Positions 28,906 through 37,370 of a stretch of DNA of 53,201 bases are shown here, piece after piece (position 1 is the first letter of the stretch; each line of letters begins with the position of its first letter). The notes below the pieces were generated by a model. That model ran no database searches. It was given only the letters and a program-made list of their open reading frames with translations, and had not been told where the DNA came from. The stretch is taken from positions 1 through 53,201 of the forward strand of contig CATXTS010000001.1 of the NCBI GenBank assembly GCA_958402495.1, given 5' to 3'. Both the position numbers and the translations under genes were made by a program. The DNA is from an uncultured Clostridiaceae bacterium (GTDB taxonomy: Bacteria; Bacillota; Clostridia; TANB77; CAG-508).

Positions 28906-29220
28906 TGGTGGGCAGGGATGGATTCGAACCATCGTACTCGTATGAGAACAGATTTCTTACTACTATAGTTTTCACTACCATAAAATGTTTGTAGTCTGGA
29001 CTTTCTCTTTATCTTCTTGTGAGAAGATACCAGGTATAAAGTCTCTACACTCGAAAATTAAATTTTCTAGCTCGGGATTGTCATAGATAATAAATATATC
29101 CTTAGAATTCCCCGAATTAGCCTGGTTATCATCATACAATCACTTGTATGAGCTGCAAATTTAGGTTTTGATAAACCAAAGACCACAGTCTGCCGCCTTT
29201 AGCCACTCGGCCACCTACCC
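28906..29220 (-). tRNA. tRNA-Tyr(GUA) interrupted by a 229-nt intron (exons 29220..29185 and 28955..28906)
   Basis: 5' exon: GGGTAGG-TG-GCC-GAGTGGCTAAA-GGC-G-GCAGA-CTGT. 3' exon: AAA-TCTGT-14-nt variable arm-GATGG-TTCGAAT-CCATC-CCTGCCC-A-CCA. Joined, they give an 86-nt class II tRNA with anticodon loop CTGTAAA. Confidence 0.85.
28956..29184 (-). ncRNA. group I intron (IC3-like) between anticodon positions 35 and 36
   Basis: The 5' exon ends in U and the intron ends in G. Core strings GUGUAGAGACU and AUAAAGAGAAAGUCCA match the P7/P3/P8 and J8/7-P7 regions I recall from the Azoarcus tRNA-Ile and Anabaena tRNA-Leu introns. Also present: P3 CCAGG/CCUGG, P2 hairpin UCAUACAA-GUGA-UUGUAUGA, P8 UAUCUUC/GAAGAUA, and candidate IGS GCAG pairing with exon CUGU (U.G at the splice site). 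Confidence 0.8.
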
Positions 29221-29272
29221 ATAAATATAAAATTTTAACGTTAGTGGAATACCAGTATCATAAAAAGATAAA

Positions 29273-29349
29273 TGGTGCTCCCTCAAGGATTTGAACCTTG
29301 GACCCACCGGTTATGAGCCGGTTGCTCTGACCAACTGAGCTAAGGGAGC
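29273..29349 (-). tRNA. tRNA with CAT anticodon (elongator Met or lysidine-modified Ile2; sequence looks Ile2-like)
   Basis: 77-nt cloverleaf: GCTCCCT..TAGCTCAGTTGGTCAGAGC..ACCGG-CTCATAA-CCGGT..AAGGTTCAAATCCTT..AGGGAGC-A-CCA. There is a G1-C72 pair and no GGG/CCC anticodon stem, so it is not an initiator. Confidence 0.85.
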
Positions 29350-29368
29350 AAATCCTAACGCGATTTTT

Positions 29369-29397
29369 ATTATACAAAATATTTATAAGAATGTCAA
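29369..29397 (-). promoter_or_regulatory. consensus sigmaA promoter of the tRNA pair
   Basis: The minus strand reads TTGACA (29397-29392), 17 nt, TATAAT (29374-29369), about 20 nt upstream of the first tRNA. Confidence 0.75.
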
Positions 29398-29545
29398 GAG
29401 AAATTATTAAAAAAAATAAAAAGTAGGGAAGAAATAATTGAAATTGAGAAACATAAAGAGAAAAGAAGTCAATACATAAAAATACCACTTTTACTAAATG
29501 AATTTATTTAATAAAGAAGTGGTATTCTTAAAAAATATGAAATTC

Positions 29546-30238
29546 TTACTGTATAATTTTATCGGCTTCTTCTTGGGAAAGGTAACCATATTTAACCATA
29601 GAACGAATCACTTTTCCTTGTCTACTTCTAGCTAAATCTGGATTAATAGTAGGTGCATAAACAGAAGGGGCATTAGGTACACCTGCTAACATAGTTGACT
29701 CATATAAAGTAAGGTCTTTTGGTTCTTTTTTATAATAGCCATTAGCAGCTTCTTTAATGCCATAATAGCCTTCGCCGAAATAAATGGTATTTATGTATAA
29801 TTCTAAGATATCATCCTTAGAATAATTTTTTTCTAACTCCATAGCCATAAAAATCTCAGCAATTTTTCTAGAAACAAAATCGTCCTCTGTAATAAAATAT
29901 AAATTTTTAGCTACCTGTTGGGTAATGGTACTACCACCTTCATTTAACTCACCAGCACGAATATTAGAAATAACAGCTCTACCAATCGAAATTACATCAA
30001 TAGCACCATGTTCCTTGAAGCGATGGTCCTCTACAGCAATAACAGCATTCTTATAATCATCTGGTACATCCTCTTTTTTAGTATAATTTTCATCACTTTG
30101 AATCTTTTCTATTTTGTCTTTCAAACTCATTTCCTCTATAGCGGATTTATATAACTTATGACCATTTAAAATTACAACAGTTGAAGCAATAATTATAACC
30201 GCTAATAGAAGAAGGAGCCCTCTTTTCACATATTTCAT
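29546..30238 (-). CDS. monofunctional peptidoglycan glycosyltransferase (GT51), paralog A
   Basis: N-terminal TM anchor, with GT51 motifs AVEDHRFKEHGAID and GGSTITQQVAKN. Length 230 aa. Confidence 0.85.
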   Translation of the reverse strand: MKYVKRGLLLLLAVIIIASTVVILNGHKLYKSAIEEMSLKDKIEKIQSDENYTKKEDVPDDYKNAVIAVEDHRFKEHGAIDVISIGRAVISNIRAGELNEGGSTITQQVAKNLYFITEDDFVSRKIAEIFMAMELEKNYSKDDILELYINTIYFGEGYYGIKEAANGYYKKEPKDLTLYESTMLAGVPNAPSVYAPTINPDLARSRQGKVIRSMVKYGYLSQEEADKIIQ

Positions 30239-30384
30239 ATTTGATTCCTCCTTATGATAATGGTATTATACAACATCGTTATGAAAAAAGACAAACTATT
30301 TTCTTAAAAAATTATGAATATTATGATTGAAAAACAGATAAGCATACGATATAATAGAAAAAACAAAGGAGGAAGATAAACAAA

Positions 30385-31557
30385 ATGGAAGAAAAGAAAA
30401 AGATACAAATAACCAGAATTAGTTTAATAGCACTTATAGCAGTTGTCATTCTTGCAATAAGCATCTTAGCTGTTATTTTACTAAGAGGTAAAGAAGAAAC
30501 CAAACCGCAAGAAAATATAATAGAAAATAAAGAAGAAAATACACAAATAGAAGAACCAACAAAACCAGAAGAGCCAGAAATTGCAAAAGAACCATTACCA
30601 CAGATTGCCTTAAATACCATAGCCAAAGAAAATGCAACGATTAATGGTAAGGTACCATGTTATTATAACCCTGTCATTCCTAAAGGGTTTAAAGCTATAG
30701 GAAGCATGCAAGATAGCACAATAGATGCAAGTGCTGATTGGGAAAAAGAAAATAGCTATTTAAATGGATTAGTTATAGAAGATGAAAAAGGAAACCAATT
30801 TGTATGGATACCTGTAGAAAATATGGAATTATTTCATACAACAGACTGGCAAAAAAATGTACCAAAAGAAAGCATAGACAAAACCTATATAGAACCAGCA
30901 GATAACGAGAAAGAAGAATACACCAACATGTATCAAAAGGTAAGAAAATATGGTGGCTTTTATGTAGGTAGATTTGAAGTAGGAGATGTAGAAGCACAAA
31001 CTGCCAGAACAGAAGTGAAAAACACAGACAATATTGCCATCAAAAAAGGACTACAAGTATATGACTATGTACCATTTGAACAAACAACTATCAATAAAAG
31101 AGAAATCATAGGTGCCAAAGAATTAGCTATCAAATTTGGAAAAACCAATCAATATGAAAATATTACCACATCGGTTATGTATGGTGTACAATGGGACTCT
31201 ATGCTAAGATTTTTAGCAGGAGACAAGTACAATGTAAATGACAGTTTAACATGGGGAAACTATCCAAATGCTACTTTAGAATATAAAGACTTACAAGGAA
31301 ACACTTATGAAAAACCACAAGGAGAAGCTAGATTATTACTAACCGGTAGTAGTGAAAACACCAAAGCCAAAAATATTTATGACGTAGCAGGAAATGTATA
31401 TGAATGGACAACAGAAACAGCGGGAAATAATGTAAGAGTTGTAAGAGGCGGCTGCTATATGGTAACCATCGGGCAATTAGCAGCAACCAGATATGCTTAC
31501 AATGCAGCAACAGCCAATAATGCAATAGGCTTTAGAATTAGTTTTTACATAAACTAA
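30385..31557 (+). CDS. membrane-anchored protein with C-terminal formylglycine-generating-enzyme (SUMF1)-like domain
   Basis: TM anchor ISLIALIAVVILAISILAVILL, a Glu/Pro/Lys-rich linker, and C-terminal YEWT...RVVRGG...AIGFRIS resembling FGE-sulfatase family signatures. Confidence 0.5.
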   Translation: MEEKKKIQITRISLIALIAVVILAISILAVILLRGKEETKPQENIIENKEENTQIEEPTKPEEPEIAKEPLPQIALNTIAKENATINGKVPCYYNPVIPKGFKAIGSMQDSTIDASADWEKENSYLNGLVIEDEKGNQFVWIPVENMELFHTTDWQKNVPKESIDKTYIEPADNEKEEYTNMYQKVRKYGGFYVGRFEVGDVEAQTARTEVKNTDNIAIKKGLQVYDYVPFEQTTINKREIIGAKELAIKFGKTNQYENITTSVMYGVQWDSMLRFLAGDKYNVNDSLTWGNYPNATLEYKDLQGNTYEKPQGEARLLLTGSSENTKAKNIYDVAGNVYEWTTETAGNNVRVVRGGCYMVTIGQLAATRYAYNAATANNAIGFRISFYIN

Positions 31558-31681
31558 TGGGGACGGGCTTATTTTGTTTAATAGGAAGAAGAGAAAGAAA
31601 CAGATTTTTTCTGTTTCTTTTCTCTTTTTTTTGACAGGTTTCTAAAAGCAGTGTATACTAATAAAAAAGGTGGGAATCGAT

Positions 31682-32368
31682 ATGCAAAAAATAATGATTA
31701 TAGAAGATGATGAAAAATTAAGAACGCAGTTAGAAGATTTTTTAAGTCATCATGGATATCTAATAGAAAAAATAGTCAAGTTTGAAAGTGCCGTAGAAGA
31801 AATTACGAAAAGTGAGCCAGACTTAGTATTGCTAGATATTCAGTTGCCACATACAGATGGTGAGTTTATTTTGCAACAATTAAGAAAGGTGTCAGAAGTA
31901 CCCGTAATTATGATTACTAGTAAGGATAATGCCATGGACGAATTGTTAAGTATGAACTATGGGGCAGATGATTATGTAACAAAACCATTTCATATACAAA
32001 TTTTATTAGCTAAAATTGCAGCTATTCTAAAAAGGGTAGGAAGAACACAGAATTCGTTAAATGTGATAGATGCTGGGAATTTTATTGTAAATCTTTCAAA
32101 AAGTAGAATTGAACGAGGCGAAAAACAAATAGAATTAACAAAGAATGAATTAAAAATTATCCACTTTTTGTTGCAAAAAAGAGGACAAATTGTTTCAAGA
32201 GAAGAAATGATGGAATATTTATGGGATACCGATAGTTTTATTGATGATAATACCTTAACTGTAAATATTACTAGACTAAAAAATAAACTTTTAGAAATTG
32301 ACTTAAAAGAAATCATAGAGACCAAAAGAGGACAAGGATATCTTTTAAAAGAAGAAACAGAAAGATAA
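31682..32368 (+). CDS. OmpR-family response regulator (BceR-like)
   Basis: Receiver domain (MIIEDD...DLVLLDIQLP...TSKD) and winged-helix C-terminus (TVNITRLKNKL...RGQGY). ATG 31682 follows aaggtggg. Confidence 0.85.
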   Translation: MQKIMIIEDDEKLRTQLEDFLSHHGYLIEKIVKFESAVEEITKSEPDLVLLDIQLPHTDGEFILQQLRKVSEVPVIMITSKDNAMDELLSMNYGADDYVTKPFHIQILLAKIAAILKRVGRTQNSLNVIDAGNFIVNLSKSRIERGEKQIELTKNELKIIHFLLQKRGQIVSREEMMEYLWDTDSFIDDNTLTVNITRLKNKLLEIDLKEIIETKRGQGYLLKEETER

Positions 32369-32381
32369 AAGGAGAAAAATA

Positions 32382-33395
32382 ATGAAATGGATAGAATGGA
32401 TAAAGGATAGATGGATAACCATTATCTTATTATTACTGGTCATTATGACGATTTGCATATTCTTATTACCATATAATTTACCAATGATATTAGTCTTATA
32501 TATGATTATCAGTATATTAGTAGCCTATATGGTAGGAATTGGTATAGAATTTCACCAAAGAAAAGTGTTTTATGAAAAAGTACAAAGATTGTTAGAAGAA
32601 TTACCAGAAAAATATTTAATAGTAGAACTGATAAAAGAACCTGGTTTTGTAGAAGGAAAAATATTAAAAGATATTTTGCAGCAGACCAATAAATCTATGT
32701 TAGAACATGTTAACAGTTATAAATATAATGAGGAAGAATATAAAGAATATATTGAAACTTGGATACATGAGATTAAGACGCCCATTGCGACAGGAAAAAT
32801 GATTGTGGAAAATCATAAGAATGAAACGACTAAAAGTATTGAAGAAGAGTTGGATAAAATTGATAATTATGTAGAACAAGCTTTATTTTATGCTAGAAGT
32901 AACACGGTGGAAAAAGATTACTGTATTACGAAAACTTCTTTAAAAGAAATGGTAAACTCTGTTATAAAGAGAAATAAAAATGCTTTTATACAAGGAAAAA
33001 TAAAAGCCAATTTACATGATTTAGAGATAAAGGTAAATACTGACCCAAAATGGTGTATCTTTATTTTCAATCAAATCATACAAAACAGTATTCGTTACTT
33101 AGATAAAGAAGAAAAAGAGATTGAGATTTTTGCTGAAAAGGAAAAAGAAAAAGTAGAATTATATATAAAGGATAATGGAATAGGCATTAAAATAGAAGAA
33201 TTACCACGTGTATTTGAAAAAGGCTTTACAGGGACGAATGGAAGACAGACTAATAAAAAGTCTACAGGAATAGGATTATATTTATGCAAAAAACTATGTG
33301 CTAAATTACAAATAGGTATCCAAATAGAATCTGTAGAAAAGGAAGCAACTTGTGTAAAGATGACTTTTCCTATGAACAGTTTTATATTAAAGTAA
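32382..33395 (+). CDS. intramembrane-sensing histidine kinase (BceS-like)
   Basis: Two N-terminal TM helices are separated by a very short loop (PYNLP). H-box is HEIKTPIA. N and G boxes are DNGIGI and GTGIGLYL. At 337 aa there is no extracellular sensor domain. Confidence 0.8.
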   Translation: MKWIEWIKDRWITIILLLLVIMTICIFLLPYNLPMILVLYMIISILVAYMVGIGIEFHQRKVFYEKVQRLLEELPEKYLIVELIKEPGFVEGKILKDILQQTNKSMLEHVNSYKYNEEEYKEYIETWIHEIKTPIATGKMIVENHKNETTKSIEEELDKIDNYVEQALFYARSNTVEKDYCITKTSLKEMVNSVIKRNKNAFIQGKIKANLHDLEIKVNTDPKWCIFIFNQIIQNSIRYLDKEEKEIEIFAEKEKEKVELYIKDNGIGIKIEELPRVFEKGFTGTNGRQTNKKSTGIGLYLCKKLCAKLQIGIQIESVEKEATCVKMTFPMNSFILK

Positions 33396-33427
33396 GCTAT
33401 CTATAGGCTTACTTTTTCTAATGGTAT

Positions 33428-33443
33428 CTTACAAAACTGTAAG
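33428..33443 (+). promoter_or_regulatory. BceR-type operator upstream of the ABC transporter genes
   Basis: Perfect inverted repeat CTTACA-AAAC-TGTAAG fits the published BceR-like consensus TNACA-N4-TGTAA. TATAAT lies at 33487-33492. Confidence 0.6.
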
Positions 33444-33522
33444 GTAAATGAAAGATAAATCGATGGTAAGTAAGGTAGTAATTGTTTATAATGAAAGTAC
33501 AAATAAAAAAGGAGGATAAAAA

Positions 33523-34290
33523 ATGAGTCAAGTGTTAGAGGTAAAAAATATAGAAAAGTACTATGGAAACAAATCTAATTTAACAAAGGCAATAGACAAT
33601 ATTAGTTTTACTGTGGAAGAAGGAGAATTTGTTGGTATCATGGGTGCATCAGGAAGTGGTAAAACAACTCTTTTAAATTGTATTTCTACCATCGATAGAG
33701 TAACGGCTGGAAATATTATCATTAACAAACAAGATATTACGAGATTAAGAGGAAATAATCTTAATAAATTTAGAAGAGAAGAACTAGGATTTATTTTCCA
33801 AGATTTCAACTTATTAGACACACTAACTGCTTATGAAAATATCGCGCTTAGTTTAACAATCCAAAGAGAAAGTCCAAAGAAAATCAAAGAAAGGGTACAA
33901 GAAGTTGCTAAAAAATTAGAAATAGAAGAGGTATTGAAAAAATATCCTTATCAAATATCAGGAGGACAAAAGCAAAGAGTAGCTGCTGCAAGAGCGATTA
34001 TTACTAACCCAAAATTAATTTTAGCAGATGAACCAACTGGTGCATTAGATTCTAAAGCTGCTAGGATGTTACTAGAAAGTATGGAAAAATTAAATAAAGA
34101 AAATAAAGCAACTATTTTAATGGTAACACATGATGCCTTTACCGCTAGCTACTGTCAAAGAATCTTATTTATTAAAGATGGTAAAATCTTTAATGAAATT
34201 CGAAAAGGAGAGAAACCTAGAAAAGAATTCTTTGATGAAATTATTAATGTAGTTACTCTTCTGGGAGGTGACTTAAATGATGTCATTTAA
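33523..34290 (+). CDS. ABC transporter ATP-binding protein (BceA-like)
   Basis: Walker A GASGSGKTT, signature ISGGQKQRV, Walker B LILADEPTGALD. Confidence 0.88.
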   Translation: MSQVLEVKNIEKYYGNKSNLTKAIDNISFTVEEGEFVGIMGASGSGKTTLLNCISTIDRVTAGNIIINKQDITRLRGNNLNKFRREELGFIFQDFNLLDTLTAYENIALSLTIQRESPKKIKERVQEVAKKLEIEEVLKKYPYQISGGQKQRVAAARAIITNPKLILADEPTGALDSKAARMLLESMEKLNKENKATILMVTHDAFTASYCQRILFIKDGKIFNEIRKGEKPRKEFFDEIINVVTLLGGDLNDVI

Positions 34291-36340
34291 ATTAGCTTTG
34301 CGAAGCATGAAAAAGAATATGAAAGACTATGTCATTTATTTCATAACCTTAGTATTAGGCGTAGCCATCTTTTATATTTTTAACTCTATGGATGCTCAAC
34401 AAGCCATGATACAAATGTCAGAATCCAAAAAGGAGATTATGAGTTTAATGATACAGATGTTAGGAATGGTCTCTGTATTTGTATCTTTAGTATTGGGTTT
34501 TCTAATAGTGTATGCTAATAACTTTTTAATAAAAAGAAGGAAAAAAGAATTTGGATTATATATGACTTTGGGTATGGGAAAGGGACAAATCTCAAAGATT
34601 TTATTAATAGAAACTATTTTAGTAGGTCTTTTTTCTCTAGGCGTAGGATTAGTAGTAGGTGTATTTGCGTCACAACTTATGTCTGCATTAGTAGCCAAAA
34701 TGTTTGAGGCAGATATGAGTAATTACCAATTTGTATTTTCACAAGCAGCTATGGTAAAAACGATTCTTTACTTTGCGGTGATATACTTAGTGGTAATTTT
34801 ACTAAATATGTTTGCTATTTCTAGATATAAATTAATTGATTTATTAACTGCCAGCAAGAAAAATGAAAAAATAAAAATTAGAAGTTCTATAGTATCCGTT
34901 ATTTTATTTTTAGTATCCATAGCAGTACTAGGATATGCTTATCACCTAGCTATAACGGAAATTTACTCAATGGAAGCAGATGGCATTTTAAAAGCAATAG
35001 CATTGGGATGTGTAGGTACTTTCTTGTTTTTCTATTCTCTTTCTGGTTTTGCTTTAAAATTAGTACAAAGTAGGAAAAGATGGTATGAAAGAGATTTAAA
35101 TATGTTTGTTATGAGGCAGATTGATAGTAAAATTAATACAACAACGATATCTATGAGTATTATTTGTGTGCTTTTATTTTTAACCATTTGTATATTTTCT
35201 TCAGCAATTTCACTAAATAATAGCTTAACAGACCAATTAAAAACATATACACCAGTAGATATTACTATTACTAAAATTAGCCACATACCAGAAAATGAAA
35301 AAGGATATACTAAAGAGGACAACGATAAATATCATAAAACGATAGAAGAAACATTAAAAGAACTATCTTTTGATTATAAAGCAAATTTTAGCCAATATGT
35401 AGAAGTAAATGCATATACTACGCAGCAAGTAACTTTTGAAAAATTATTAGGAGATACTGTAGAGGAAGTAAAGGCTAAACTTCCAAATTTAAGAATCAGT
35501 AATTCTTATCCAATTATGCGCATGTCAGATTATAATCAATTGGCTAAATTATATGGTATTTCTCAGGTTAGTGTTAAAGATAATGAATATACCATTATTG
35601 GAAATTATGAAGAAATAATTTCTTTATTAGATAAATCTTTAAGTAGGCATACTCCACTCAATATTGATGGAAAGACCTATTATCCTAATACAAAAGAACA
35701 TGTAGAAGGATTTATCTCTATTTCTTCACAGGCAACAGAAACAGGCGTGGTAATTTTACCAGATAAAGCGATTAATTCAAATTGGAAAAGTGTAGCTTAC
35801 TTTAGTGCTAAATATAATGGGACAACAGAAGAGGAAAAACAAGAGATAGAAAACAAGATTCTAGCTTTAGATGATGGAAATGGTACAGCTAATACGAGTT
35901 CTTTTAATGATATGATGGCCATGTCTAAAATTTCTTTATATGAAATGAGCAAAGGGTTAAGTGCAACGGTTACTTTTATTGGTTTATATTTAGGCATTGT
36001 ATTTTTAATTTCTAGTGCAGCTATTTTAGCCTTAAAGGAATTATCAGACACTTCGGATAACCAAGAAAGATATCGTATTTTACGTAAAATTGGTGTAGAT
36101 GAAAAAATGATAAATAGAGCTTTATTTAAGCAAATTGGTATTTTCTTTATGATGCCATTACTACTGGCTATTATTCACTCTATTTTTGGATTAAGAGTAG
36201 CTCAGATTATTTTAGCAACTCTTGGAAAACAAGATTTAATGGGTTCCATTATTACAACAGCCATCTTTATTGTTCTCATTTACGGTGCTTATTTTGTAGC
36301 AACTTATTTTGGTAGCAAGAATATTATAAAAGAGGAATAA
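34277..36340 (+). CDS. FtsX-domain ABC permease (BceB-like, 10 TM with large extracellular domain)
   Basis: 687 aa. There are four TM helices, then TM 5-7, an approximately 230-aa hydrophilic loop, then three C-terminal TM helices. It overlaps the ATPase gene by 14 nt. Confidence 0.8.
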   Translation: MMSFKLALRSMKKNMKDYVIYFITLVLGVAIFYIFNSMDAQQAMIQMSESKKEIMSLMIQMLGMVSVFVSLVLGFLIVYANNFLIKRRKKEFGLYMTLGMGKGQISKILLIETILVGLFSLGVGLVVGVFASQLMSALVAKMFEADMSNYQFVFSQAAMVKTILYFAVIYLVVILLNMFAISRYKLIDLLTASKKNEKIKIRSSIVSVILFLVSIAVLGYAYHLAITEIYSMEADGILKAIALGCVGTFLFFYSLSGFALKLVQSRKRWYERDLNMFVMRQIDSKINTTTISMSIICVLLFLTICIFSSAISLNNSLTDQLKTYTPVDITITKISHIPENEKGYTKEDNDKYHKTIEETLKELSFDYKANFSQYVEVNAYTTQQVTFEKLLGDTVEEVKAKLPNLRISNSYPIMRMSDYNQLAKLYGISQVSVKDNEYTIIGNYEEIISLLDKSLSRHTPLNIDGKTYYPNTKEHVEGFISISSQATETGVVILPDKAINSNWKSVAYFSAKYNGTTEEEKQEIENKILALDDGNGTANTSSFNDMMAMSKISLYEMSKGLSATVTFIGLYLGIVFLISSAAILALKELSDTSDNQERYRILRKIGVDEKMINRALFKQIGIFFMMPLLLAIIHSIFGLRVAQIILATLGKQDLMGSIITTAIFIVLIYGAYFVATYFGSKNIIKEE

Positions 36341-36347
36341 AACAGTA

Positions 36348-36372
36348 AAAAGTGGCTTTAAAGGCCACTTTT
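36348..36372 (+). terminator. hairpin after the permease gene (no clean T-run)
   Basis: Stem aaaagtggc / gccactttt with a tttaaag loop. Confidence 0.4.
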
Positions 36373-36403
36373 ACTCTAAAAGAAGAAAGAGGTGAAGTAA
36401 AAA

Positions 36404-37108
36404 ATGAAGATAGTAAAAAGAGTGTTATTAATCATTATGTTGATGGTAATTAGTATAGGCCTATATATAGTGGATAGTGGTCATGAGATGTATAAAAAAG
36501 CTTTAGAGCAGACTAGTTTAACAGATAGAGTAGAGCAAATCCGTGCAAAGGAAAACTATACCACTCTAAAAGAAGTACCACCTATTTACCTAAAAGCAGT
36601 GATTTCAGTAGAAGACCATAGATTCTATGAACATGGGGGTATCGATATCATTGCAATAGGAAGAGCTGTAATTAACGATATAAAAGCTATGAAGTTAGTA
36701 GAGGGTGGTAGTACGATTACACAGCAATTGGCAAAGAACATGTATTTTACACAAGAAAAAAAATTTACCAGAAAAGTAGCAGAAGTATTTATGGCATTTG
36801 AAATAGAAAAACAATATAGTAAGGAGGAAATTTTAGAATTGTATCTAAATACTAGTTATTATGGAGATGGCTACCATACAATAAAAGAGGCCTGTAGAGG
36901 CTATTTTCAAAAAGAGCCAAATCAAATGACAGATGCAGAGAGCATTTTATTAGCTGGTATTCCGAATGCACCATCTATATATGCTCCTACTAAAAATCCA
37001 GAGTTAGCAAGACAAAGACAATTGCAAGTGATGAATAAAATGATAAAATATGGTTATTTGACAGAAGAAGCCAAACAAAATATTATAAATATGAATGCAC
37101 AGGAATAA
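36404..37108 (+). CDS. monofunctional peptidoglycan glycosyltransferase (GT51), paralog B
   Basis: Same architecture and motifs as paralog A (SVEDHRFYEHGGID, GGSTITQQLAKN). Identity to A is roughly 55% by eye. Confidence 0.85.
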   Translation: MKIVKRVLLIIMLMVISIGLYIVDSGHEMYKKALEQTSLTDRVEQIRAKENYTTLKEVPPIYLKAVISVEDHRFYEHGGIDIIAIGRAVINDIKAMKLVEGGSTITQQLAKNMYFTQEKKFTRKVAEVFMAFEIEKQYSKEEILELYLNTSYYGDGYHTIKEACRGYFQKEPNQMTDAESILLAGIPNAPSIYAPTKNPELARQRQLQVMNKMIKYGYLTEEAKQNIINMNAQE

Positions 37109-37187
37109 AAAATAGTTAAAATTTTTAGAATATGAATAAGGAAGTAAAACGAACATATACTATAAATAATATTTTTATTATAAATTC

Positions 37188-37216
37188 TTGACAATATAGG
37201 CATTTGACGCTATAAT
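37188..37216 (+). promoter_or_regulatory. consensus sigmaA promoter of the type III TA locus
   Basis: TTGACA (37188-37193), 17 nt, TATAAT (37211-37216). Confidence 0.75.
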
Positions 37217-37234
37217 AAAAATATGGAATATAAG

Positions 37235-37330
37235 CAGCCACCTAGTTGGCGATGAGGAAATACACTAGTGAAACGATATAAACAGCCACCCAGTTGGCGA
37301 TGAGGAAATGTACTGGTGAAAAAATATAAT
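37235..37330 (+). ncRNA. tandem 48-nt repeats (2 copies): candidate type III antitoxin RNA
   Basis: Repeat 1 (37235-37282) is cagccacctagttggcgatgaggaaatacactagtgaaacgatataaa. Repeat 2 (37283-37330) is cagccacccagttggcgatgaggaaatgtactggtgaaaaaatataat. They lie between the promoter and a terminator, directly upstream of the toxin ORF. Confidence 0.65.
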
Positions 37331-37360
37331 AAGGGGGCCAAAAAGCCTCCTTATTTTTTT
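37331..37360 (+). terminator. rho-independent terminator between the repeats and the toxin gene
   Basis: Stem aagggggc / gcctcctt (one G.U pair), followed by attttttt. The toxin RBS ggaggg starts at 37361. Confidence 0.7.
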
Positions 37361-37370
37361 GGAGGGAAAA

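Noticed and set aside
29258-29488. 76-aa minus-strand ORF.
   Set aside because: It runs straight through the tRNA-CAT gene and its promoter, so the tRNA explains the region.
37235-37330. The tandem 48-nt repeats, considered as a possible mini-CRISPR array.
   Set aside because: There are only two directly abutting copies with no spacers and no cas genes. The promoter-repeats-terminator-toxin layout fits a type III antitoxin RNA instead.
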